Below, one piece after another: positions 37,526 through 45,912 of a stretch of DNA of 64,000 nucleotides. This DNA comes from a bacterium (GTDB lineage: Bacteria; Patescibacteriota; Saccharimonadia; Saccharimonadales; SZUA-47), in assembly GCA_030427365.1 (NCBI GenBank), contig JAUHWW010000001.1:31963-95962 (forward strand), written 5' to 3'. Under the pieces are notes generated by a model that made no database searches, had not been told where the DNA came from, and saw only the letters and a program-made list of their open reading frames with translations. The position numbers and the translations under genes were made by a program. Numbering within the stretch: the stretch's first letter is position 1; each line of letters starts with the position of its first letter.

Positions 37526-39301
37526 TTAGCTACTTTTCTCTTTATGTAACCGAAGCAGTTCATCGACAGCATCATCGTATTTTTGAATTCTTTTTTCGTG
37601 GTCAACATCAGAAAATTTTTTCGGATCCCTCATGAGCTCACGCCGAATCTCTATTTCTCGAGGATTAATAGGACGTGGAATACTATAGTCTCGTGTAAAG
37701 CGAACTATAGAATCCCGCAAGGCCTGCGCTTCTTTTTCTTCGCCGCTTTGTATGATGTCGTCGGTTATTCCCTCAGCACGTTTTTTCAGATATCTAATGT
37801 AGGCGGTTTCATGTGTCATTTGGTTGGCAGCGCGCGCGTGCATGTCCATGTTTGTTTCGTCTTGGATCAGGACGGTTTTTCCAGTGTCGTCTTTACTTAC
37901 CTTAAGTCCTTCAGGAACTCCCCCGCTTTCCAAGAGCGACACTTCTATCGCTGCGTCAACTATTAAATGACCAGCAAATCTACCTGCCTCGTATAGCTGT
38001 CTCCGCAAACTTAAGGCATGTTCGAAATCCAAAGACCCTTCGACCTCAACCGTTCCTCTTGGTAGGTGTAATTCAGTCACGTCATCTCTATAGCTGATTA
38101 AGCGAACACCTGAGCCGTCTGTGAGTGATTTATTATTCGGGTTCCAGGTGAGTGTTGCTTCATCACCAAACTTATGGAGTACACCCCAGGCATCAACGTA
38201 TTTATCGCCAATTGTTTGATCGGAAAGAGGCTCATACTTAAAAGTGTGTTTCTCAACAGGTAATTGTGGTTCGACATATGGCGCTGGTTCAACTTTAGGC
38301 AGTGCATCATAATCTTCCTGCGTGTTACGTTTTACAGCTGTAATGATTTGAGCAGCTAGCTCAGGCGCCCTTCTAAAAGCTTGCTCTACGAAGTATTTCG
38401 CATTTTCTTGCAGGTGGTGTGCGGCTTCTTTTCTTGCTTCCTGGCGATTTTTTATTTTTTCTGCCTTATCGTCTGGAAGCTGCATACCAGGGTGAAAAGG
38501 ATCAATAGCCGTCTCAGTTTGCTTAAAGTGAGCTGCATCTCTTCGCGTTTTCGCAAGATGTCGGCCCATTTTCGTGGCATGTTGAACATCTGCATCGAGG
38601 TATGGCACAACCTGCACCAATTTGCGAATAGCGAGTGGGAGTGCTCTAGGACCAGTTTTTGTTGGATCTGATTCTTCGTAAGGCACAGAGGTACCCTTAC
38701 CTGCTGCGAGGCGCTCAGAGATGAAATGATCGGTTGCGACGGCTCTAAGCGCTTCAAGAAGTCCAGTATCTCCAGTGCTTAGTTCGGTTTTTATGCCTTT
38801 TTCAGCCTTGTGTGCTCTCTCGTTGGCACTTGTAATTCTTTTGAACACGGCTGCGATATCTTCCGTGCTTATATCTGCGGGCAGCATAGTTCTCTGTCCT
38901 TGCGAGCTACTGGATGGCGGCAAGTAACTGCCAATCGCCCATCTTACATACTCAGCCGCTACATACTCGTCCGGGACGCGGTTTAGGTCTTCAGAATAGT
39001 ATTCTCTTAGATCTGGTGAGGTAAAGCAGAGATCTTGCGTTGGCTTGCCTAAATCAACGGGCGCATAAGCAGAGGTGTTTACTAAGCTGTCAGAGTAGGG
39101 CGAAAGAGGACTTGTATGGTTCCACGATTTTCGGGTCGTGCTGCGAAATCCTCCGTCACCAGGCCCTACGGGCTGTCGATCATCAACAATCTCTACAAAG
39201 TTAACATCTAGGCTATCAGGTTTAGGGTGCTGGGGCTCTAAAGCGGGAGCGTGTTCGCCGGACATAGTATAAATATTACCAGAAATAGGCAATAAAGTCA
39301 A
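37526..39301 (-). CDS. hypothetical soluble protein (591 aa) in T4SS-like block
   Basis: No TM/signal, no recognisable catalytic motif by eye. Confidence 0.4.
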   Translation of the reverse strand: MTLLPISGNIYTMSGEHAPALEPQHPKPDSLDVNFVEIVDDRQPVGPGDGGFRSTTRKSWNHTSPLSPYSDSLVNTSAYAPVDLGKPTQDLCFTSPDLREYYSEDLNRVPDEYVAAEYVRWAIGSYLPPSSSSQGQRTMLPADISTEDIAAVFKRITSANERAHKAEKGIKTELSTGDTGLLEALRAVATDHFISERLAAGKGTSVPYEESDPTKTGPRALPLAIRKLVQVVPYLDADVQHATKMGRHLAKTRRDAAHFKQTETAIDPFHPGMQLPDDKAEKIKNRQEARKEAAHHLQENAKYFVEQAFRRAPELAAQIITAVKRNTQEDYDALPKVEPAPYVEPQLPVEKHTFKYEPLSDQTIGDKYVDAWGVLHKFGDEATLTWNPNNKSLTDGSGVRLISYRDDVTELHLPRGTVEVEGSLDFEHALSLRRQLYEAGRFAGHLIVDAAIEVSLLESGGVPEGLKVSKDDTGKTVLIQDETNMDMHARAANQMTHETAYIRYLKKRAEGITDDIIQSGEEKEAQALRDSIVRFTRDYSIPRPINPREIEIRRELMRDPKKFSDVDHEKRIQKYDDAVDELLRLHKEKSS

Positions 39302-39325
39302 TACGCTTATGCTGGTAATAATCTC

Positions 39326-40171
39326 TTAGGCCTCTTGGTCGTCAGCGCCAGCCCGGCTCTCTTGCTGTCGTCGCATCATCTCGAGCTCTTCCTGTGTCAT
39401 ACCCGCTTCGCGGCTAACCGATCTCGCACCTTCTATAATTGCTCTTAGCTCAGGAGGTACATCCGCTTCATTCATGCGCTCCCTAACAATCTTAGTAACT
39501 GGCTGTCCATTTTCGACGACAGTAACTGTTCGCTCTACCATTGGCCAGCTTGCACCCGCTTCTATGAGATCTGATAGAGTATTTGCATCCTTGCCATCAA
39601 TAGTAAATTTGAAGTTCTCGTCTTTCGTTTTTGGTCTTGGGAGATCAAAGCCATTCGCAACAATCCTTTGAACTTCGCCGTTTGCTGTCGCATTAACATT
39701 TTGCCGCATGCTTTTCATCTGACCAATGCGTTGTCCCATAAGTCGCAAATCAGCTTCTCTTTTTTCGCCAGCAGTTTGAGTGACCCTTCCTTCCTCATCA
39801 ACGCTATCAGTGTATTTGTTTTGTGAGAGGCGAGTTTCAATTTCCTGTACGTCTGCACCTAGCATAGATACAAGATTTTTTGCATCCGTCGGATGGATGT
39901 TGTTCCAGTCGTAGGTACCCATGGCATCAAGCGTCTTTTGCTTCATGCGCAGGTTAATATCTTCTTTGGTCATGCCGGCTTTAATTGTATGTGTTTCACC
40001 AGTAATTTCATCTTGGTAAGTAATATCTTGTGTCGTCGCATCGCCACCACTGGCATTTATCATACGGTTTGCCTGTGCGAGAGCGAGACCCTCACCAAAT
40101 GAGATACGAGATAGCATATATCGCCTGGTTGTAGGCTTCGGCGTAGAGCACTGTATTTCCATGAGTACCAA
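39326..40171 (-). CDS. hypothetical soluble protein (T4SS-like block); start may be downstream ATG (~40063) to avoid 80-nt overlap
   Basis: ORF track; hydrophilic; overlaps 3' end of VirB6-like gene. Confidence 0.35.
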   Translation of the reverse strand: MVLMEIQCSTPKPTTRRYMLSRISFGEGLALAQANRMINASGGDATTQDITYQDEITGETHTIKAGMTKEDINLRMKQKTLDAMGTYDWNNIHPTDAKNLVSMLGADVQEIETRLSQNKYTDSVDEEGRVTQTAGEKREADLRLMGQRIGQMKSMRQNVNATANGEVQRIVANGFDLPRPKTKDENFKFTIDGKDANTLSDLIEAGASWPMVERTVTVVENGQPVTKIVRERMNEADVPPELRAIIEGARSVSREAGMTQEELEMMRRQQESRAGADDQEA

Positions 40172-42122
40172 CCTCTATGTCATCCAGCATTTCTGTGGCG
40201 CCATTAATATGCGACGTTTTTGAGCCTGCTTTTGCGGCAGCCGCCATGCCTCCGAGCGAGTCACCATAGGTGTTGTAGAGTGTTCTCGCCTGGGCAATCT
40301 CACCCTCCGCGTCTAGTCCAACAATACCGTTTTTCTCAAGTTCAATTTTCGCCTCTAATTCGTTTCCTTCGGCCCTTGCGAGCGCCAAGTATGCTTGAAC
40401 AAAATTGTCGTTTGCAAATTTCGTCCCAACATTCTTGTCTTCTCCAGCATGCCTCTCGTGCTCTCTATGAAGTCGATCTGCAGCTGCCTTTCTGTTTCCA
40501 GCACTGAGCTTATCCTTCAGACTGTCATCTGTACCCAGAGACTCTTTTAGAGCGAGACCGCTTTTCGTTGCGCTGTTCAAGCGGCTTCCAAAGCGAGATT
40601 TTGCGGCCTTGCTACCCGGCCGTAATAGCCCTCTTTGCTGCACCCGTTCCCAGTCCTTCTTTCCCCTTTCCCGGCGGAACTTCTTTTGTCTATCAAAGAT
40701 ACCTTTACCACGATCATTGACCATGCCGGCGAGGTTGGCGAATGCGCCGCCAAGGTATTTGAATGCGGCTGGAATGGCAAAGAACGGACCAATGTAGGCA
40801 ATGAACTTTAGGAACAAGCTGAATACGCCCTCTAAGCCCTCAAGATCAGAAGTAAAGACGACAGCTGCGAAGCCCCTGCCTGCATAGAGAAGCAGGATAA
40901 TAAGTGGGAATATCATTAGTAACTTGCTGAATGTTGACCACCATAGTTTCCACAGCTTGTCATTGCCGGGGAAAATCCATGACACGATCGCGATCGGCGC
41001 CATAATAATAAGGAAGATTATCAGGAGCTCTCTCACTGAGAGAAGTGCAAAGATAATTATTACTGCCAGAGCCGACGTGAACAGAAAGCTCATGAGAATG
41101 CTGATCGATACAATGCCAACAGCAAGTGCAGCGACAATACCGACAAGACCAACACCCAGTGTTGCGGTTGTTGCAGCCCCTTCTCCTATAGAGAAGACAT
41201 CTGTAAATTCGAGTGCTCCTTTACCGCCAAATGGCGCCGCCACCAGCCCTCCAACGCCATTACCGACATTGTTGGTGAACTCAATTAAGAACACACATAT
41301 ATCAAACGAGAGTGCCATAAATATGACGGCAATGAAGAGTCGTGGCATTGCTCGCTTCACGGTGTAGGCGTCGACAAACTGGAAACCCAATGCAGTTGAT
41401 ATCACCATCACGAGCAAGACTGGTATGAGCAAAATATAGCTGATATTACGGAAGCTCGACCAGACAGCGCGCAATTCAGGGGTCGAGTAGTATTCTTCCT
41501 TTACTTCCAGCGCATCAATGATCTGCTGATCAACCTCTTCAATGACTTCGGCAGAGCCATAGATGATCGGACAGAGTAGCCATCCCCATCCATCCCCACT
41601 TTGTTCACAACTATCTTGCTCAACCACGTCGCCTTCTTCAGGAACATCTGAACTACCGACACCGTCGGGGTTATCGCTGAGCAAAGGACTAATGCTGCCA
41701 CAATCTACCGGAAGAGCTTGACCAGACAGATAGCAGAGACCATTCCCAACACCAACCTCTTGTTGAGGGTTACACTCAGCTTCATCGTAGAAGCCAGCTT
41801 GACTTCCGCTATCAAGTAGTTCGTAACAGCCGGGAGGAGCAGAACTCCCAACTCCGCCTGGGTTGTCGCTAAGCAGCGGCGTAATACTGTTACAGTCTAC
41901 CGGAAGAGCTTGACCAACCAGATAACAGTTTCCATTTCCAACTCCAGCTTGTTGAAGTGAATTACACTCACCTTCATCATAAAAGCCATTTTGAGGTCCA
42001 CCAGAGAGTAGTTCGTAACAGCCAGGATCGGCTGCAAAAGCAGTTTCTGTTGGGATCAGACTTAGTCCAAAAGCTCCAATCAGTACAAAAAATGCTGCGA
42101 AGAAGTAATGTAGAATTTTCAT
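40092..42122 (-). CDS. VirB6/TrbL-like polytopic T4SS channel protein with duplicated Cys-rich N-terminal ectodomain modules
   Basis: Signal peptide, two ~60-aa modules each with 4 Cys (PGCYELL...GFYDE.ECN...GVGNG.CYL.GQALPVDC), then ~8 TM helices, charged C-terminal tail. Confidence 0.6.
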   Translation of the reverse strand: MKILHYFFAAFFVLIGAFGLSLIPTETAFAADPGCYELLSGGPQNGFYDEGECNSLQQAGVGNGNCYLVGQALPVDCNSITPLLSDNPGGVGSSAPPGCYELLDSGSQAGFYDEAECNPQQEVGVGNGLCYLSGQALPVDCGSISPLLSDNPDGVGSSDVPEEGDVVEQDSCEQSGDGWGWLLCPIIYGSAEVIEEVDQQIIDALEVKEEYYSTPELRAVWSSFRNISYILLIPVLLVMVISTALGFQFVDAYTVKRAMPRLFIAVIFMALSFDICVFLIEFTNNVGNGVGGLVAAPFGGKGALEFTDVFSIGEGAATTATLGVGLVGIVAALAVGIVSISILMSFLFTSALAVIIIFALLSVRELLIIFLIIMAPIAIVSWIFPGNDKLWKLWWSTFSKLLMIFPLIILLLYAGRGFAAVVFTSDLEGLEGVFSLFLKFIAYIGPFFAIPAAFKYLGGAFANLAGMVNDRGKGIFDRQKKFRRERGKKDWERVQQRGLLRPGSKAAKSRFGSRLNSATKSGLALKESLGTDDSLKDKLSAGNRKAAADRLHREHERHAGEDKNVGTKFANDNFVQAYLALARAEGNELEAKIELEKNGIVGLDAEGEIAQARTLYNTYGDSLGGMAAAAKAGSKTSHINGATEMLDDIEVGTHGNTVLYAEAYNQAIYAISYLIW

Positions 42123-42227
42123 GGCTAGGTAATTATGTACTGAAACTATAACAAAATTTTACCTCTTTTGCTTATCTGATTTTGCTAAGTAGTTATCGAG
42201 CAGGTATTATCTACTATAGATATCACC

Positions 42228-42629
42228 ATGAAAATACTAAAATCACTGCTTATTTTAACCCTTTTTCTAGCACCAGCTAGCCAGGCTGCGAACGCTTCTG
42301 CAAGCGCCACAGATTCAGATAATTTTCGTTTTTCCGCAGCGTTAAACTTCAGTGCTGAGTGCGATCCGCCGCCGAACCAAGACTTGACATCAGAAAATTG
42401 CGGCATCGTTGCGTACCTCGTACTTGCAATTAATGTCCTCTCAGCTGTTGCAGGAATAGCAATTGTTGCGTCGATTATGATAGCCGGATTTCAGTATATG
42501 ACGGCTCGGGATAATGCTGGACAAGTTGAGGCGGCACGTAAACGGATTGTCTGGGCGCTGTTAGCATTGCTGATATTCATATTCACCTATGCCTTTCTAA
42601 ACTTCGTTGTCCCGGGAGGCGTCTTGTGA
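42228..42629 (+). CDS. VirB2/TrbC-like pilin paralog 1
   Basis: Signal peptide, 2-Cys variable segment, two C-terminal hydrophobic helices separated by ARDNAGQVEAARKR loop. Confidence 0.5.
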   Translation: MKILKSLLILTLFLAPASQAANASASATDSDNFRFSAALNFSAECDPPPNQDLTSENCGIVAYLVLAINVLSAVAGIAIVASIMIAGFQYMTARDNAGQVEAARKRIVWALLALLIFIFTYAFLNFVVPGGVL

Positions 42630-43330
42630 TAATCCGTAGGCTACTCAGCTTTACAACGTTGGTTCTTTTTGCCGCAGTTTTACCCCTCAATAGTAGTTCA
42701 TTTGTGAGCGCTCAAACTGGTGAGGACATCTGTCCAAACCCCGGAACCTCAAGCTACGTAGCTTGTGTGCAGGAAGTGAATCAGAAGTTATCTGCATGTG
42801 ATGCGCTTGGAACAGGAACAACAACATGGCAGAGCTGTAGGGAAGAGATATTTGATGATTACGGTTTTTCTGCAGGAGACGGCCCGGAAGTGGATGAGGG
42901 GTTGCCGGCTGGCGCCGCTGTCACTGCAATAAGAGAGGATCCGTGCGGCGAGAATGAGTATGCAACAGATATTTTAGGCATTCCTGTCTGGTACAAGTAT
43001 CTTGATGTTAGGAAGGATGTTTATGAGTACGACAGTGGTGATGAAGTTGAAGGAAAGTGTACGCCTCGTCTAAGTGAGTCAGGCGGCGGTATTGACCCCA
43101 CCTCAGCGTTACCAATCGGGCTAGCGGTACTCGAGGCCATGATGGTCATAGCCGGCTTAGTCGCGGTCGTGATGATTTTCTGGGGCTCCTTCCTTTACCT
43201 GGTCAGCCAGGGTGAGTCAGACAAGGCTGCCGGGGCGCGTAAAACAGTTATCAACGCGGCGATTGGTTTGGTGATCGTGATAATCGCGACGCGTGTCGTA
43301 TCATTTATAGCAACGAGGCTAACAAGCTGA
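42626..43330 (+). CDS. VirB2/TrbC-like pilin paralog 2 (long 6-Cys N-terminal domain)
   Basis: Signal peptide; C-terminal ...MIFWGSFLYLVSQGESDKAAGARKTVINAAIGLVIVIIATRVVSFI; ATGA overlap with paralog 1. Confidence 0.5.
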   Translation: MIIRRLLSFTTLVLFAAVLPLNSSSFVSAQTGEDICPNPGTSSYVACVQEVNQKLSACDALGTGTTTWQSCREEIFDDYGFSAGDGPEVDEGLPAGAAVTAIREDPCGENEYATDILGIPVWYKYLDVRKDVYEYDSGDEVEGKCTPRLSESGGGIDPTSALPIGLAVLEAMMVIAGLVAVVMIFWGSFLYLVSQGESDKAAGARKTVINAAIGLVIVIIATRVVSFIATRLTS

Positions 43331-43629
43331 TGCTGCAAAAAATTACACAGTTCATCGCACAGATAAGTATCGACGAAGGCGATATTGACATTCCTACCAA
43401 CGTTGATCCGGATTCTGGTTCAATTGATACACTTTTGACTCTCATGTTTAGTGTCATGGGTGGGATTGCCCTGCTCGTGATCATCATCGCAGGTATGCAA
43501 TTTGTCCTTAGCCGTGGTGATGCAGAAAAAGCTGCTAAAGCTCGCCGCACTATTATCTATGCCGCTGTTGGGCTCGTGATTGCCGTTATGGCCTTTACCA
43601 TTGTTAGCTTTGTTGTAGGGAGTGTGTGA
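43330..43629 (+). CDS. VirB2/TrbC-like pilin paralog 3 (short, no obvious signal peptide)
   Basis: C-terminal IIIAGMQFVLSRGDAEKAAKARRTIIYAAVGLVIAVMAFTIVSFVV. Confidence 0.45.
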   Translation: MLQKITQFIAQISIDEGDIDIPTNVDPDSGSIDTLLTLMFSVMGGIALLVIIIAGMQFVLSRGDAEKAAKARRTIIYAAVGLVIAVMAFTIVSFVVGSV

Positions 43630-44048
43630 TGTTACGCCGAGCCCTACTCTCACTTCTTGTTTTAGCCTTCTTACCACTGGCTATGACCTCAAGTGTGTCG
43701 GCAGGTGGTTTTGACCCTCTAGGCCGTGCATGTACTACGACAAACGAAGACGGAGAGACAATAAGAATAGAATCGGCTGCATGTGAGGAGAGTGAAACTG
43801 GTCAAGGCTCAGATAACCCGGTCACAGGAGAGACAGGTATTGTGGAACGTGTTGCGAACATTCTCGCGATTGTTACGGCGATTATTGCCATCATTATTAT
43901 CGTCATCGCAGGTATGACGATGTCGCTTTCTGGGGGTGACTCTACAAAGGTGCAGAATTCACGCAACGCCATTATCTACGCCGCTGTTGGCCTAGTGGTT
44001 GTCGCGCTTGCACGAACTATAGTAGTATTTGTGGTAAATAGATTATGA
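43626..44048 (+). CDS. VirB2/TrbC-like pilin paralog 4
   Basis: Signal peptide; 2 Cys; IIVIAGMTMSLSGGDSTKVQNSRNAIIYAAVGLVVVALARTIVVFVV. Confidence 0.5.
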   Translation: MMLRRALLSLLVLAFLPLAMTSSVSAGGFDPLGRACTTTNEDGETIRIESAACEESETGQGSDNPVTGETGIVERVANILAIVTAIIAIIIIVIAGMTMSLSGGDSTKVQNSRNAIIYAAVGLVVVALARTIVVFVVNRL

Positions 44049-44500
44049 AAAAGATACTATCGTTTTTTGTTAGCCTTACCTTGCTCAGCGGTTTTTTCGC
44101 ATTCGTGTATGGGCCCCAGCCAGTCATGGCATCTGACGCAGCGAAAGACGCCATCTGTTCAGGCATCGTAGCGGCAGGTGAAGATTGCGGTACGGACGCT
44201 GATGCTGACAGCAGTTCGGTAAGCTCTACTATCGAGACGGTGATCAATATCCTTTCTGTTATCGGAGCCGTTATAGCGGTCATCATGATCATTATTGGTG
44301 GTATGAAGTTCATTACCTCACAGGGTGATGGCAATTCCACAGCTGGTGCGCGCAATACGATTATCTACGCTGTTGTCGGATTGGTCATCATTGCGCTCGC
44401 GCAAGTGATTGTGCAGTTCGTTGTAGGACGGGTTGGCAGTGATCCGCCAGCCTCTCAAAATGTTCCTCCTCCACTACCTCCAGACGGTGGCCCGAGTTAA
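44045..44500 (+). CDS. VirB2/TrbC-like pilin paralog 5 (Pro-rich C-terminal tail)
   Basis: Signal peptide; 2 Cys; IIIGGMKFITSQGDGNSTAGARNTIIYAVVGLVIIALAQVIVQFVV + PPASQNVPPPLPPDGGPS. Confidence 0.5.
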   Translation: MKKILSFFVSLTLLSGFFAFVYGPQPVMASDAAKDAICSGIVAAGEDCGTDADADSSSVSSTIETVINILSVIGAVIAVIMIIIGGMKFITSQGDGNSTAGARNTIIYAVVGLVIIALAQVIVQFVVGRVGSDPPASQNVPPPLPPDGGPS

Positions 44501-44570
44501 AAAGGATTGAGCTCCGATGGAGCTTGTGGTATAAAGTACATAAACAAAGTAATAAGGAATTAGACTAATC

Positions 44571-45014
44571 ATGACAAGACTAAAACGACTATTAGCAAGT
44601 TTTATGCTGACATTCAGCTTTGCAGTGCCAGCGCTCGTGCCGGCTGTAGCTGCGGCTCAAGGCACCAATAACACGGATCAATTATGTGCGGGGGCTAATC
44701 TTGAGTTCACGCTTGATCCAGAAGCAGGTGTCTGTGAAGGAGACGGGGAGGAAGGAAATGCGGGGGACACACTTACCGGTATTGTCACGACTATCATTAA
44801 TATCCTATCAGTGGTCGTTGGTATCGTGGCAGTCATCATGATTATCGTCGGTGGCTTCCAATACCTCACGTCACAAGGTGATTCAGGCAAGGTAACAAAT
44901 GCGAAGAACACGATCCTCTATGCAATTGTTGGTCTCGTAATAGTAGCGCTGGCTCAAATCATCGTCCAGTTCGTGACTGGTCGACTCGGAAACGCACCAG
45001 CATCCGATGGTTAA
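44571..45014 (+). CDS. VirB2/TrbC-like pilin paralog 6
   Basis: Signal peptide; 2 Cys; IIVGGFQYLTSQGDSGKVTNAKNTILYAIVGLVIVALAQIIVQFV; good RBS AAGGAA. Confidence 0.5.
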   Translation: MTRLKRLLASFMLTFSFAVPALVPAVAAAQGTNNTDQLCAGANLEFTLDPEAGVCEGDGEEGNAGDTLTGIVTTIINILSVVVGIVAVIMIIVGGFQYLTSQGDSGKVTNAKNTILYAIVGLVIVALAQIIVQFVTGRLGNAPASDG

Positions 45015-45033
45015 CAGAGCACTTAACTCTAGT

Positions 45034-45066
45034 AAAAATCTCCCTGCTGTTACGGGGAGATTTTTA
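45034..45066. terminator. bidirectional rho-independent terminator after pilin array
   Basis: aaaaatctccc-tgctgttacg-gggagattttt (A-run/stem/T-run). Confidence 0.5.
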
Positions 45067-45101
45067 TTTAGCTACTGGTTACTCTACAAAAGCAGCAATT
45101 A

Positions 45102-45131
45102 AAAAACCGACGTATAGCTACGTCGGTTTTA
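45102..45131. terminator. bidirectional rho-independent terminator after hsp20
   Basis: aaaaaaccgacgta-tagc-tacgtcggtttta. Confidence 0.5.
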
Positions 45132-45148
45132 TCCTAGTTCGCTTTGTG

Positions 45149-45646
45149 CTAGTTGATCGTAATCTTCTTGACTGTGTCTTGTTTGAGCTTGTTGAAGCTG
45201 ATGGTTAGAACGCCGTCTTTAAGCATGGCTTCAATTTCATCTTCCTTCACAGGTACTGGCAGTGCGATGCTGCGGCTAAATTCGCCCCAGTAGCATTCCT
45301 GCACGAAGTAGTTCTCCACGCCCTCTTCAGCGCCAGCTGATAGTGTGCCGCGAATTGAAAGCGTATTATCAGCGATACTGACGTCGAGATCGTCTTTGTT
45401 CACGCCAGCGGTGCGGGCTTTTACGACCAACTTCTCTTTCGTCTCATAAACATCAACAGCGAGCTGACCAGGAACAGCCTCGTCCTCATCCCATTCATCG
45501 GCGGCAGGCGCTTCTTGCATCGGCTCATCACCGGCCATATCATCAACTGGGTCAGCAGTTTGTGGCTGATCCATCTCATCACCCAAAAAGGCTGCAGTTA
45601 ACTCATCTTCTAGTAGTAAGTCGTCGTCACGGTTGCGTCGTGCCAT
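45149..45646 (-). CDS. Hsp20/alpha-crystallin small heat-shock protein with acidic N-terminal extension
   Basis: ACD motifs LSIRGTLSAG...GEFSRSIALP...DGVLTISF. Confidence 0.75.
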   Translation of the reverse strand: MARRNRDDDLLLEDELTAAFLGDEMDQPQTADPVDDMAGDEPMQEAPAADEWDEDEAVPGQLAVDVYETKEKLVVKARTAGVNKDDLDVSIADNTLSIRGTLSAGAEEGVENYFVQECYWGEFSRSIALPVPVKEDEIEAMLKDGVLTISFNKLKQDTVKKITIN

Positions 45647-45912
45647 CAGTGTGTACCCTCTCCTTATAATTGTGTGCTCAGGTAGAAAGGGCGCTTGTTG
45701 GCTAACGCAATGCGTAGAGCCATAGAACCGCGCCCTCCCCTTTTCTACCGATTTTTGTGTTACTTCATAGTATAGCGCTTGTGTAAAGCTTGGTTCAACA
45801 GCTAGATGGGTTATTTACAACACTATTTACACAACGCTTACGGCAGCTGCATGTAAGTAGGACACAACGGTTGTGGTTGAGTGTAGGAGTCAGCAGTTCT
45901 ATACTTCAGCGT

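Noticed and set aside
37526-39301. Assigning the 591-aa soluble protein as the relaxase of the T4SS
   Set aside because: No N-terminal catalytic Tyr context or HxH (3H) motif found by eye; left as hypothetical.
45790-45912. Longer ComF start at 45790 and ORF 19354 start for the GT4 gene
   Set aside because: Upstream extensions overlap divergent promoter/neighbour start and lack conserved sequence; internal ATGs at 45913 and 19414 begin the conserved domains.
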